A stretch of 62,591 nt of DNA, taken from Bacilli bacterium (GTDB lineage: Bacteria; Bacillota_I; Bacilli_A; RF39; UBA660). The position numbers and the translations under genes are program-made. Each line of letters begins with the position of its first letter. The first letter of the stretch is position 1. Below are positions 6,958 to 14,543 of the stretch, piece after piece. The DNA lies in assembly GCA_900769635.1 (NCBI GenBank), contig CAAGHJ010000053.1, positions 1 to 62,591 on the forward strand. Direction: 5' to 3'. The notes under the pieces are model-generated. The model was not told where the DNA came from. It saw only the letters and a program-made list of their open reading frames with translations, and did no database searches.

Positions 6958-8832
6958 ATGTTTAATAGTATTTCTATTCAGATTTGTAGTTTAGTTTATG
7001 TGGTTATGCTTATTGTGGTTTATCTTTATAAGAGGAAGTATAATTCGCTTGAGAATGGTATTTATAAGGTTATGCTTATTAATACGTTATTTATTTTGAT
7101 TTTGGATTTGATGAGTATTTTTACGATTAGGTATTATGTTAATTTTTCTTTTATTAATGGGGTTTTTTCAAAGGGTTTTTTGGTTTTAGTGGGGTTTTGG
7201 TTTGGGTTATTTCTTCTTTACACGATGGTATGCGAGTACAAGGAGAATTTTAAGTGTTTTAGTGAGGCTTTAAAGAAGTCAAGGGGTGTTAAGGTATGGC
7301 TTGGTATGATGGTTTTGATGTTTATTGGTATTGTTTATTTTCCAGCGGAGTATTCGGTAGATGATATTTATATGTATGGGAAATCTTTTGATTTTACTTA
7401 CTATATTTGTGTTTTTATGAGTACGATTAGTTTGGTTATTCTTGCGATTAACAGGAAGAGGATTTCGGGGAATAGATGGATACCGATGATGTTATTTTTG
7501 TTTAGTTTATTGATTGTTTTTTCGGTACAGTTTCTGTGTCATAATCTTCTTATTATTAGTAGTGGTATTGCGATTGTGACGGTATTTATGTATTTTATTT
7601 TGGTTAATCCTGATATTCGGTACATAGATGAACTTAATGCCCTTAGGGAAGAAGCGGAAAATGCTAATAGGGCTAAGACGGACTTTCTCGCTAGTATGAG
7701 TCACGAGATTAGGACGCCGATGAATGCGATTATTGGGCTGACGGACTCGGCTCTTTCGAATGAGCTTTCGGACAGTGTTAGGGAGGATATTAAGAATATT
7801 AATAATGCGGGGCAGATTCTTTTGGAGATTATTAATAATATTTTGGATATTTCAAAGATTGAGGAAGGGAAAATGGAACTTTCTTGTAGTTCTTACTCGA
7901 TTAGTAATATTGTTTTAGAACTTTCTAATATTGTTATGGTTAGGATTGGGGATAAGCCGATTAAATTTAATATGAGTATTGACCCGAATATTCCGAGGAA
8001 GCTTTATGGGGATGAGACGAAGATTTTTCAGATTTGTCTTAATATTCTTAATAATGCTGCGAAGTATACGGATAAGGGAGAGATTGATTTTAGTGTTAGT
8101 TCTAAGGTAAGTGGCGATGATTGTATGCTTACTTTCAGGGTTAGTGATACTGGTAAGGGTATTAAGAAAGAGGATTATGATAGGCTTTTTGTTAAGTTCG
8201 AGAGGCTGGATAAGGAGGTTAATCAGACGATTGAGGGAACGGGTCTTGGGCTTGTTATTACGAAGGAAATGGTTGAACTTATGGGGGGTAAGCTTGGGTT
8301 TAGTAGTGAATATGGTAAGGGGTCTGTGTTTACGGTTAGTATCCCACAAAGGGTTATGGATCACGCGATTGTGGGGGTTATTAATAGTTTGGACTTGAAA
8401 GAGAAAGAGGTTGAGTATTTTAATGGGGCGAGGTTCAAGATTCTTATTGTTGATGATAATAAGCTTAATTTGAAGGTAGCGGAGAAACTTATGAGGCCGT
8501 ATAATTTTCAGATTACGACGGTTACGAGTGGTTTAGCGTGTCTTAATTATACAAAGAAGAATAAGTATGATTTGATATTTCTTGATCATATGATGCCGGA
8601 GATGGATGGTATTCAGACGATGCGGTATTTGAAACAGAGGGTGGATTTTGTTAATACGCCGATTGTGGCTCTTACGGCTAATGCGATTAGTGGTATGAAG
8701 GAGATGTATCTTAGGGAGGGGTTTGATGATTATCTTTCAAAGCCTATTGATCAGGTTAAGCTTAATGAGATTTTGCGAAAGTATTTGCTTAAGGATGGGG
8801 GTAATGATAATGATAAGGGAACGGGAATATAG
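6958..8832 (+). CDS. hybrid sensor histidine kinase (multi-TM sensor, HisKA, HATPase_c, REC)
   Basis: FLASMSHEIRTPMNAIIG (H-box); DTGKGI, GTGLGL (G-boxes); C-terminal REC ILIVDDNKLNL...FLDHMMPEMDG...KPI. The ORF is open from GTG 6934. I chose ATG 6958; the start is uncertain. Confidence 0.85.
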   Translation: MFNSISIQICSLVYVVMLIVVYLYKRKYNSLENGIYKVMLINTLFILILDLMSIFTIRYYVNFSFINGVFSKGFLVLVGFWFGLFLLYTMVCEYKENFKCFSEALKKSRGVKVWLGMMVLMFIGIVYFPAEYSVDDIYMYGKSFDFTYYICVFMSTISLVILAINRKRISGNRWIPMMLFLFSLLIVFSVQFLCHNLLIISSGIAIVTVFMYFILVNPDIRYIDELNALREEAENANRAKTDFLASMSHEIRTPMNAIIGLTDSALSNELSDSVREDIKNINNAGQILLEIINNILDISKIEEGKMELSCSSYSISNIVLELSNIVMVRIGDKPIKFNMSIDPNIPRKLYGDETKIFQICLNILNNAAKYTDKGEIDFSVSSKVSGDDCMLTFRVSDTGKGIKKEDYDRLFVKFERLDKEVNQTIEGTGLGLVITKEMVELMGGKLGFSSEYGKGSVFTVSIPQRVMDHAIVGVINSLDLKEKEVEYFNGARFKILIVDDNKLNLKVAEKLMRPYNFQITTVTSGLACLNYTKKNKYDLIFLDHMMPEMDGIQTMRYLKQRVDFVNTPIVALTANAISGMKEMYLREGFDDYLSKPIDQVKLNEILRKYLLKDGGNDNDKGTGI

Positions 8833-8860
8833 GTATTATTGGAACTTTTAACTTTAGAAT

Positions 8861-8888
8861 AACCGCCTTGAAAAAGGGTGGTTTTTTA
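8861..8888 (+). terminator. rho-independent terminator of the phosphorelay operon
   Basis: AACCGCCTT-gaaaa-AGGGTGGTT followed by TTTTTT. Confidence 0.7.
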
Positions 8889-8893
8889 TTATT

Positions 8894-8935
8894 AACTCCA
8901 AAAAAGTTGATTTAGTATTTGACTTTTTTGGAGTT
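8894..8935. promoter_or_regulatory. perfect 14-bp inverted repeat overlapping the -35 of the next gene (candidate operator)
   Basis: AACTCCAAAAAAGT (8894-8907) / ACTTTTTTGGAGTT (8922-8935), 14-nt spacer. Confidence 0.5.
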
Positions 8936-8947
8936 ATAGTGTATATT
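8919..8947 (+). promoter_or_regulatory. sigma-A-type promoter for the AAA ATPase gene
   Basis: TTGACT (8919-8924), 17 nt, TATATT (8942-8947) preceded by TG. Confidence 0.5.
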
Positions 8948-8967
8948 TTAGGTGGAGGTTAGTAATT

Positions 8968-10320
8968 ATGGATAGAATGGCAATGAATGATTTAATTAAA
9001 TGGAAGAATAAGGAAAATAGAAAGCCTTTACTTTTATATGGGGCAAGACAAGTGGGCAAGACTTATCTAGTTAAGGAGTTTGGAAGGAAATATTTTAAGG
9101 ATATTATTTATGTTAACTTTGAAACTAATGATATTGTGGCGAAGATTTTTGAGGAGAATATTACTCCTGAGCATATTATTAAGAATTTGGAGCTTATTTT
9201 TAACAAAAAGATTGAGGCGGATAAGACGTTAATTTTCTTTGATGAAATTCAGAAAAACACAAGAGCTCTTACTTCTTTTAAGTATTTTTGTGAGGATGCT
9301 CCTAACTTTTTTGTTATTGGAGCTGGTAGTTTACTTGGTGTTCCTATTAATAAAAAGGATTATTCTTTTCCAGTTGGGAAGGTGGATTTTCTTACTATAT
9401 ATCCGCTTAGTTTTGAGGAGTTTTTAATTAACACTGGGAATAGCCTACTTTTAGATAAAATAAGGGAATGTTTCCAAAATGACACGCAGATGGACGAGGT
9501 TATTCATAACAAGGCTTTGGGGCTTTATTATGATTATTTGACAGTTGGGGGGATGCCCGAGGCTCTTTCTGAGTATATAAGGAGTGGTTCACTTGTTAGT
9601 TCGGCAGATTATCAAAGAGCAATTATAGAGGCTTATAAGAATGATATTACGAAGTATGCACCGGATGCGAGTATGGCAAATAGAATTATTGCAACGTTTA
9701 ATTCTATTCCTGTGCAACTTGCTAAGGATAATAAGAAGTTTCAGTATAAGTTTATTCAAAAGGGAGGCACGAGTGGGATTTTTGGGGATGCTATTAATTG
9801 GCTTATTAATGCAGGAATTGTCAATAGTTGTGTGAAGACAAAGATTGGTGTACCACTTAAAATGTATGAGGAGATGGATTCGTTTAAGCTTTATATGAAT
9901 GATGTGGGGCTACTAACTAATTTGAGTGAGTTTCCGCTTTATCTTATTCATAATAGAGAGGCTGTTAATGAGATGATGATGGGAATGCTGACGGAGAATT
10001 ATGTTGCGAGTGCACTTAAATATAATGGGGTTAATCTTAATTATTTTAAGAATGACTTTGATAGTGAAATTGATTTTATTTTGCAATCTGAAAAGGGGAA
10101 TATCATTCCTTTGGAGGTTAAATCTAGCACACATACGAGGTCAAGGAGTTTGTTTAATTATGTAAAGGAGTATGAGCCTAAGTATGCAATTAGGGTTAGT
10201 GCAAAGAATTTTGGATTTGTGAATGGTATTAAGTCTGTGCCTCTTTATGCGGTATTTTGTATTAACAAAGATAGTCTTGATAGACAGATTGATAAGGGGG
10301 AAAGGAATAATAAGGAGTAG
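8968..10320 (+). CDS. AAA ATPase with a C-terminal DUF4143 / PD-(D/E)xK-like domain (COG1373 type)
   Basis: Walker A LLLYGARQVGKTYL, Walker B LIFFDEIQ, C-terminal EIDFILQSEKGNIIPLEVKSS. GGAGG SD. Confidence 0.8.
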   Translation: MDRMAMNDLIKWKNKENRKPLLLYGARQVGKTYLVKEFGRKYFKDIIYVNFETNDIVAKIFEENITPEHIIKNLELIFNKKIEADKTLIFFDEIQKNTRALTSFKYFCEDAPNFFVIGAGSLLGVPINKKDYSFPVGKVDFLTIYPLSFEEFLINTGNSLLLDKIRECFQNDTQMDEVIHNKALGLYYDYLTVGGMPEALSEYIRSGSLVSSADYQRAIIEAYKNDITKYAPDASMANRIIATFNSIPVQLAKDNKKFQYKFIQKGGTSGIFGDAINWLINAGIVNSCVKTKIGVPLKMYEEMDSFKLYMNDVGLLTNLSEFPLYLIHNREAVNEMMMGMLTENYVASALKYNGVNLNYFKNDFDSEIDFILQSEKGNIIPLEVKSSTHTRSRSLFNYVKEYEPKYAIRVSAKNFGFVNGIKSVPLYAVFCINKDSLDRQIDKGERNNKE

Positions 10321-10428
10321 GAGTTTCTTCCCTACTCTTTTTAATTTTTGAAATTTGCAAGAAGTCCTTGCAAAATTTAAATTCAAACTATTGTTCTTGG
10401 TTTATAGTCCCATAGTGCAAAAAAGAAA
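10291..10428. repeat. direct repeat copy A (~138 bp): last 30 nt of the AAA gene, a terminator hairpin and a TTGCAAG/CTTGCAA hairpin
   Basis: Aligns by eye at roughly 85-90% with 11592-11735. Terminator GAGTAGG-loop-CCTACTC-TTTTT at 10314-10343. Confidence 0.85.
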
Positions 10429-10499
10429 ATTTTTTCTTATAATTAATGACATTTGGAAAATTTTTTGATACAATTTAGATATGTAAAGGAGTTGATAAA

Positions 10500-11555
10500 A
10501 TGATAGATAACAATGATTATTTCAAGCTTTTGGAGGAAGTCAAGGGCGAGCTTGTCAGTACGAGGCGAGAGGCGGTCGAGAGTGTTAACAAGTCTCTGAT
10601 ACTTATGTATTATAAGATTGGGAAGATGCTTCTGGAAAACAATAAGTATGGGGCTACTTTTATCGATAATCTAGCTAAGGATTTAAAAATGGCGTTTCCG
10701 AGTGTTAAGGGTATGTCGGCGAGAAATTTGCGATATATGCAGAAATTTGCTAAGGAATATGGGGATATTAACTTTTTGCAAGAAGTCCTTGCAAAATTGT
10801 CGTGGAATCATAATCAGATGTTACTTGACAAGGTAAAGGACGAGAAAAAGCGAAAGTGGTATGCAGAGAAGGCTGTTATTAATGGTTGGTCGACAACTGT
10901 TTTGGCTCATCAAATTAAACTTAATCTTTATGAAAGACAGGCTGTACTTGAAAATAAAACGGAAAATTATAAGGATACTTTACCGATGGAAATTAGTGAT
11001 AAGGCAAGGGAGATGCTTAAAGACCCGTACATTTTTGATTTTCTATCGTTACGAGAAGATATGAAAGAGCTGGAAATTGAGAAAGAGCTTACTTCTAACA
11101 TTACTAAACTTTTGCTAGAACTTGGTAATGGGTTTGCTTTTGTGGGTAGACAGTATCATATCGAGGTTGGAGATAAGGATTATTATTTGGATTTGTTATT
11201 TTACAATTTGAGGGTTAAGAGTTATGTAGTAGTTGAACTTAAAGCCACAGAATTTAAACCTGAATATGCGGGAAAACTTAATTTTTATCTTTCGGCAGTT
11301 GACAGGTACATTAAGAGTGATACTGACAATCCTACTTTTGGTATTCTTTTGTGTAGGGAGAAGGATAAGATTACAGCGGAACTGGCACTAAAAGATATTA
11401 ATAAACCGATTGGGGTTAGTGAGTATAAGTTGCTTTCGGATTTACCTGATTATTTGAATAATACTTTACCTAATATTAGTGATATTGAAAAAAGACTGGA
11501 ACATAATCAGAGGGAGATGAGTAATCAGAGTAATCAAGAGCATTATGATAATTAG
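10500..11555 (+). CDS. YhcG-family PDDEXK nuclease domain protein (DUF1016)
   Basis: ...GFAFVGRQYHIEVGDKDYYLDLLFYNLRVKSYVVVELKATEFKPEYAGKLNFY... is the typical DUF1016 core. AAAGGAG SD. Confidence 0.85.
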   Translation: MIDNNDYFKLLEEVKGELVSTRREAVESVNKSLILMYYKIGKMLLENNKYGATFIDNLAKDLKMAFPSVKGMSARNLRYMQKFAKEYGDINFLQEVLAKLSWNHNQMLLDKVKDEKKRKWYAEKAVINGWSTTVLAHQIKLNLYERQAVLENKTENYKDTLPMEISDKAREMLKDPYIFDFLSLREDMKELEIEKELTSNITKLLLELGNGFAFVGRQYHIEVGDKDYYLDLLFYNLRVKSYVVVELKATEFKPEYAGKLNFYLSAVDRYIKSDTDNPTFGILLCREKDKITAELALKDINKPIGVSEYKLLSDLPDYLNNTLPNISDIEKRLEHNQREMSNQSNQEHYDN

Positions 11556-11591
11556 AATAATGACAGAATAATTGCTATAATTATGTAAGAT

Positions 11592-11735
11592 GTTGAGGGG
11601 GAAGGGAACGATAAGGAGTAGGATTTTCTTCCCTACTCTTTTTAGTTTTTGAAATTTGCAAGAAGTCCTTGCAAAATTTAAAGTCATACTTTTGTTATTT
11701 ATTTATAGTCCCATAGGGCAATGGAAAAAAGAAAA
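11592..11735. repeat. direct repeat copy B (~144 bp), entirely non-coding here
   Basis: Same order of elements as copy A. Terminator at 11615-11644. Hairpin aaatttgcaagaagtccttgcaaaattt. Confidence 0.85.
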
Positions 11736-11743
11736 GAAGATGG

Positions 11744-13018
11744 TTAGTCTTCCTTGATTATTTCATAGATTAATTTGTAATCGGGCTCTTTGTTTGGAGT
11801 GATTTGGAATATGTTTCCTTCGATATCGATGTGCTCTTTTCCGGTGTGGAGGCGGAGAATTGTGTCATTTTGGTGGATGGGGTCATTGGGGCGTTTTAGT
11901 ACTTCGATACCGGCAGTGTAATCGATTTGGTCCTCTTTATTTAGGCGGCCACTACCGAGGTGCATAGAGAGTTTACCTAGTTCGTGGGCATTGAGATGGG
12001 TTAGATATCCGGCTTTATTGGCGAGGACATCAAAGGTGTAATTGCTTATGGGGAAGTTCTCAATATCGGCTTTTTGGTACTTGATATATTCGAGGAATTT
12101 TATATAGGCACGACCACTTTCAAAGTTGGTTTGGACAAGGCGTGCTGCTTCGATAGTTGGTATTTCAAGACCGAGAGCAACCATTTCTGTAGCGAGGTTT
12201 AGGCAAAGGGTGGTGAGGTTTGATGTTTTGTGATTTTTGAGAATATCGATAGCTTCTTCTACTTCAAGTGTATTGCCTATATTTTGACCGAGGGGTACAT
12301 CCATATTGGTAAGGAGACAGACTACTTTTATATTGTAGCTTTTGCCTATCTTTATCATTAGATGGGCGAGTTTACGAGCGGATTGGATATTATGGATAAG
12401 GGCTCCTGTTCCTACTTTTATATCAAGAACGAGTTTTTTTACACCAAGGGCTATTTTTTTACTCATAATGGATGAGGCTATAAGGGGGAGGGATTCGACA
12501 GTACCGGTTACATCTCTTAGGGCGTATATTTTTTTATCGGCAATGGCAATGTCTTCGGTTTGGCTGGTTATGGAAAAGCCGATTTTATTTACCATATCTA
12601 GAAATTCGTCTAGGGTTTGATTTACTTTTAATCCTGGTATGGATTCTAGTTTATCGATTGTTCCTCCGGTATAGCCTAGTCCACGGCCACTCATTTTGGC
12701 TACTTTTACCCCACAAGATGCTACTAGGGGGGAGATTATGAGTGTTGTTTTATCCCCTACTCCTCCGGTTGAGTGTTTATCTACTACGTTATCTCCTAGG
12801 TTATTTAGGTCAAGTATTCTACTGGCTCCTACCATTGCTTTGGTTAAGTTAATTGTTTCTTTTTCGGTCATTCCGTTTAGGACAATGGCCATTAGAAGGG
12901 AACTCATTTGGTAGTCTTTGATGTCCTCACTTAGGTAGTTTTTGATGACGTAGTTTAGTTCATCGTAGGTTAATTCGCCTTTGTTTTTTTTCTTGGTTAT
13001 TATATCTATTATATTCAT
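11744..13018 (-). CDS. pdp: pyrimidine-nucleoside (thymidine) phosphorylase
   Basis: DKHSTGGVGDKTTL, MSGRGLGYTGGTIDKLESIPG. Confidence 0.9.
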   Translation of the reverse strand: MNIIDIITKKKNKGELTYDELNYVIKNYLSEDIKDYQMSSLLMAIVLNGMTEKETINLTKAMVGASRILDLNNLGDNVVDKHSTGGVGDKTTLIISPLVASCGVKVAKMSGRGLGYTGGTIDKLESIPGLKVNQTLDEFLDMVNKIGFSITSQTEDIAIADKKIYALRDVTGTVESLPLIASSIMSKKIALGVKKLVLDIKVGTGALIHNIQSARKLAHLMIKIGKSYNIKVVCLLTNMDVPLGQNIGNTLEVEEAIDILKNHKTSNLTTLCLNLATEMVALGLEIPTIEAARLVQTNFESGRAYIKFLEYIKYQKADIENFPISNYTFDVLANKAGYLTHLNAHELGKLSMHLGSGRLNKEDQIDYTAGIEVLKRPNDPIHQNDTILRLHTGKEHIDIEGNIFQITPNKEPDYKLIYEIIKED

Positions 13019-13053
13019 ACTAACCTCTTCTTTCTTTTTATTCTTTTTTATTT

Positions 13054-13602
13054 TTATTCTTTATAGGTTGAGGTAAATAGTTCTTTTTCGTTACTTTCTT
13101 CCTCAGTATAGTTTATTTTGGGTAAGTCTTCTTTACAAGATAGTCCAAAATAGTCTAAAAAGTCATCTGTTGTTTTGTATAATATGGGTCTACCTGGGGC
13201 ATCGGACTTACCGGCTTCTTTGATTAGTCCTTTGGCAACTAGTCTTCTTAGAACGAAAGTTGATTCTACACCTCGCATTTCATCTATTGTTATTCTGGTT
13301 ATGGGTTCGTTATAGGCTATTATGGCAAGGACTTCGAGAGCGGCTGCTGATAGGGCATAACCGGTAGAATTATCTAAGAGTCGTTGGTAGTACTCTTTGT
13401 GTTCAGGGCGAGTTGTTAATTTGAAGGTATTGCCTAGATAGTTTATGCGAAGTCCACGGTTTTCTTTTTCGTAATTTATTTTTAGTTCATATACTAATTT
13501 TTTGGCTTCTTCTTCGGTTATTCCGAGGACATTTTTTACCTCATCAAGAGTTAGTCCTTGGTCGCCTTGCACATAAAGAAGGCCCTCTAATATTCCTAAC
13601 AT
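13054..13602 (-). CDS. scpB: segregation and condensation protein B
   Basis: LEGLLYVQGDQGLTL...LSAAALEVLAIIAYNEPITRITIDEMRGV; overlaps scpA. Confidence 0.9.
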   Translation of the reverse strand: MLGILEGLLYVQGDQGLTLDEVKNVLGITEEEAKKLVYELKINYEKENRGLRINYLGNTFKLTTRPEHKEYYQRLLDNSTGYALSAAALEVLAIIAYNEPITRITIDEMRGVESTFVLRRLVAKGLIKEAGKSDAPGRPILYKTTDDFLDYFGLSCKEDLPKINYTEEESNEKELFTSTYKE

Positions 13603-14345
13603 TTGTTATCACTCATTTCTAGTATTATATCGGAGAAGTTTTCTTTTTGTTTTACTTCAATAGTGCCTTCTTTTATCATATCTAAAAGGGAGAGAAAGGT
13701 TACTACTATATAGGGTTTATTGTATTCTTCAAAGAGAGAGGTAAAGGTTACTCTTCCTTTTTCTTTAAGGGTTTTTAGAATACTTTGTTTTCTTTCTTTG
13801 ATGCTATATTCTTTGGTTGTTACTTTAGTGGTAAGGGGTTTTTCATCGTCTTTTCTTTTTAGAAAGGCATTCATTGCTTTTACTAAGTCGTCAATATTTC
13901 CTGTTCCTAATAGTTTGGTCTCTTCGATATAGTTTTTTATTTTTTCAGGGGATTTGATGTATATTTCTTTGCGTTTTTGTTCTTTTTCTTTGAAGAATGG
14001 AGCTAGTTCTTTGTATTTTTGGTACTCGACTAGTTTATTTATAAGGGCTTCTTTTGAGACTTCTTCTTCATCTTCTCCTTCTTCTTTTGGTTTCTGTGGT
14101 AAGAGAGATGCGGATTTTATTTCCATTAATTCGGCAGCCATTACTAGATAGCTAGATGCTACTTCGATATTTAGTTCTTCCATTTTATGGATATAGTCTA
14201 GGTAGTCTTGGGTAATTTTGGTAATGGATATTTCATAGATATTTATATTGTCTTTTTTTATTAGATGTAATAGGAGATCGAGGGGACCTTCAAACTCATT
14301 TATTTTTATGTTATAGGTATTTTTATCTATGACTTTATTTTGCAT
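13596..14345 (-). CDS. scpA: segregation and condensation protein A
   Basis: FEGPLDLLLHLIKKDNINIYEISITKIT.QYL. Confidence 0.9.
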   Translation of the reverse strand: MQNKVIDKNTYNIKINEFEGPLDLLLHLIKKDNINIYEISITKITQDYLDYIHKMEELNIEVASSYLVMAAELMEIKSASLLPQKPKEEGEDEEEVSKEALINKLVEYQKYKELAPFFKEKEQKRKEIYIKSPEKIKNYIEETKLLGTGNIDDLVKAMNAFLKRKDDEKPLTTKVTTKEYSIKERKQSILKTLKEKGRVTFTSLFEEYNKPYIVVTFLSLLDMIKEGTIEVKQKENFSDIILEMSDNKC

Positions 14346-14367
14346 TCTATCTTACTCCTTTTAATTA

Positions 14368-14376
14368 ATTATAGCA
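14368..14376 (-). promoter_or_regulatory. extended -10 (TGCTATAAT) for scpAB
   Basis: The reverse complement of attatagca, about 23 nt upstream of the ATG. Confidence 0.4.
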
Positions 14377-14543
14377 GATTGGGGGTTAATTGTAAATGTT
14401 TTTTGTTTAATTTGAATATTCGTAAGGGTTATATGGCTAGAGTGATACTTGCAGTTTTTTTTGTTCTGCACTTATTGGTAGACAGTTTTTGAATTTCTGT
14501 AATATTTGAATAGCGGTTTTGGAAAAATTGTAAAAAGGACAAG

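Noticed and set aside
10141-10386. ORFs 10141..10386 and 11466..11687 with nearly identical N-termini (M.LNFARTSCKFQKLKRVGKK)
   Set aside because: The similarity comes from the DNA direct repeat. Both ORFs run antisense through terminator hairpins into the 3' ends of real genes and have no SD. They are treated as a by-product of the repeat, not as genes.
8968-11735. The repeat-flanked islet as an insertion sequence or integrative element
   Set aside because: There is no transposase, integrase or recombinase ORF. The repeats are direct rather than terminal inverted repeats, and no tRNA target is present. It is kept as an unexplained repeat-flanked cassette instead.
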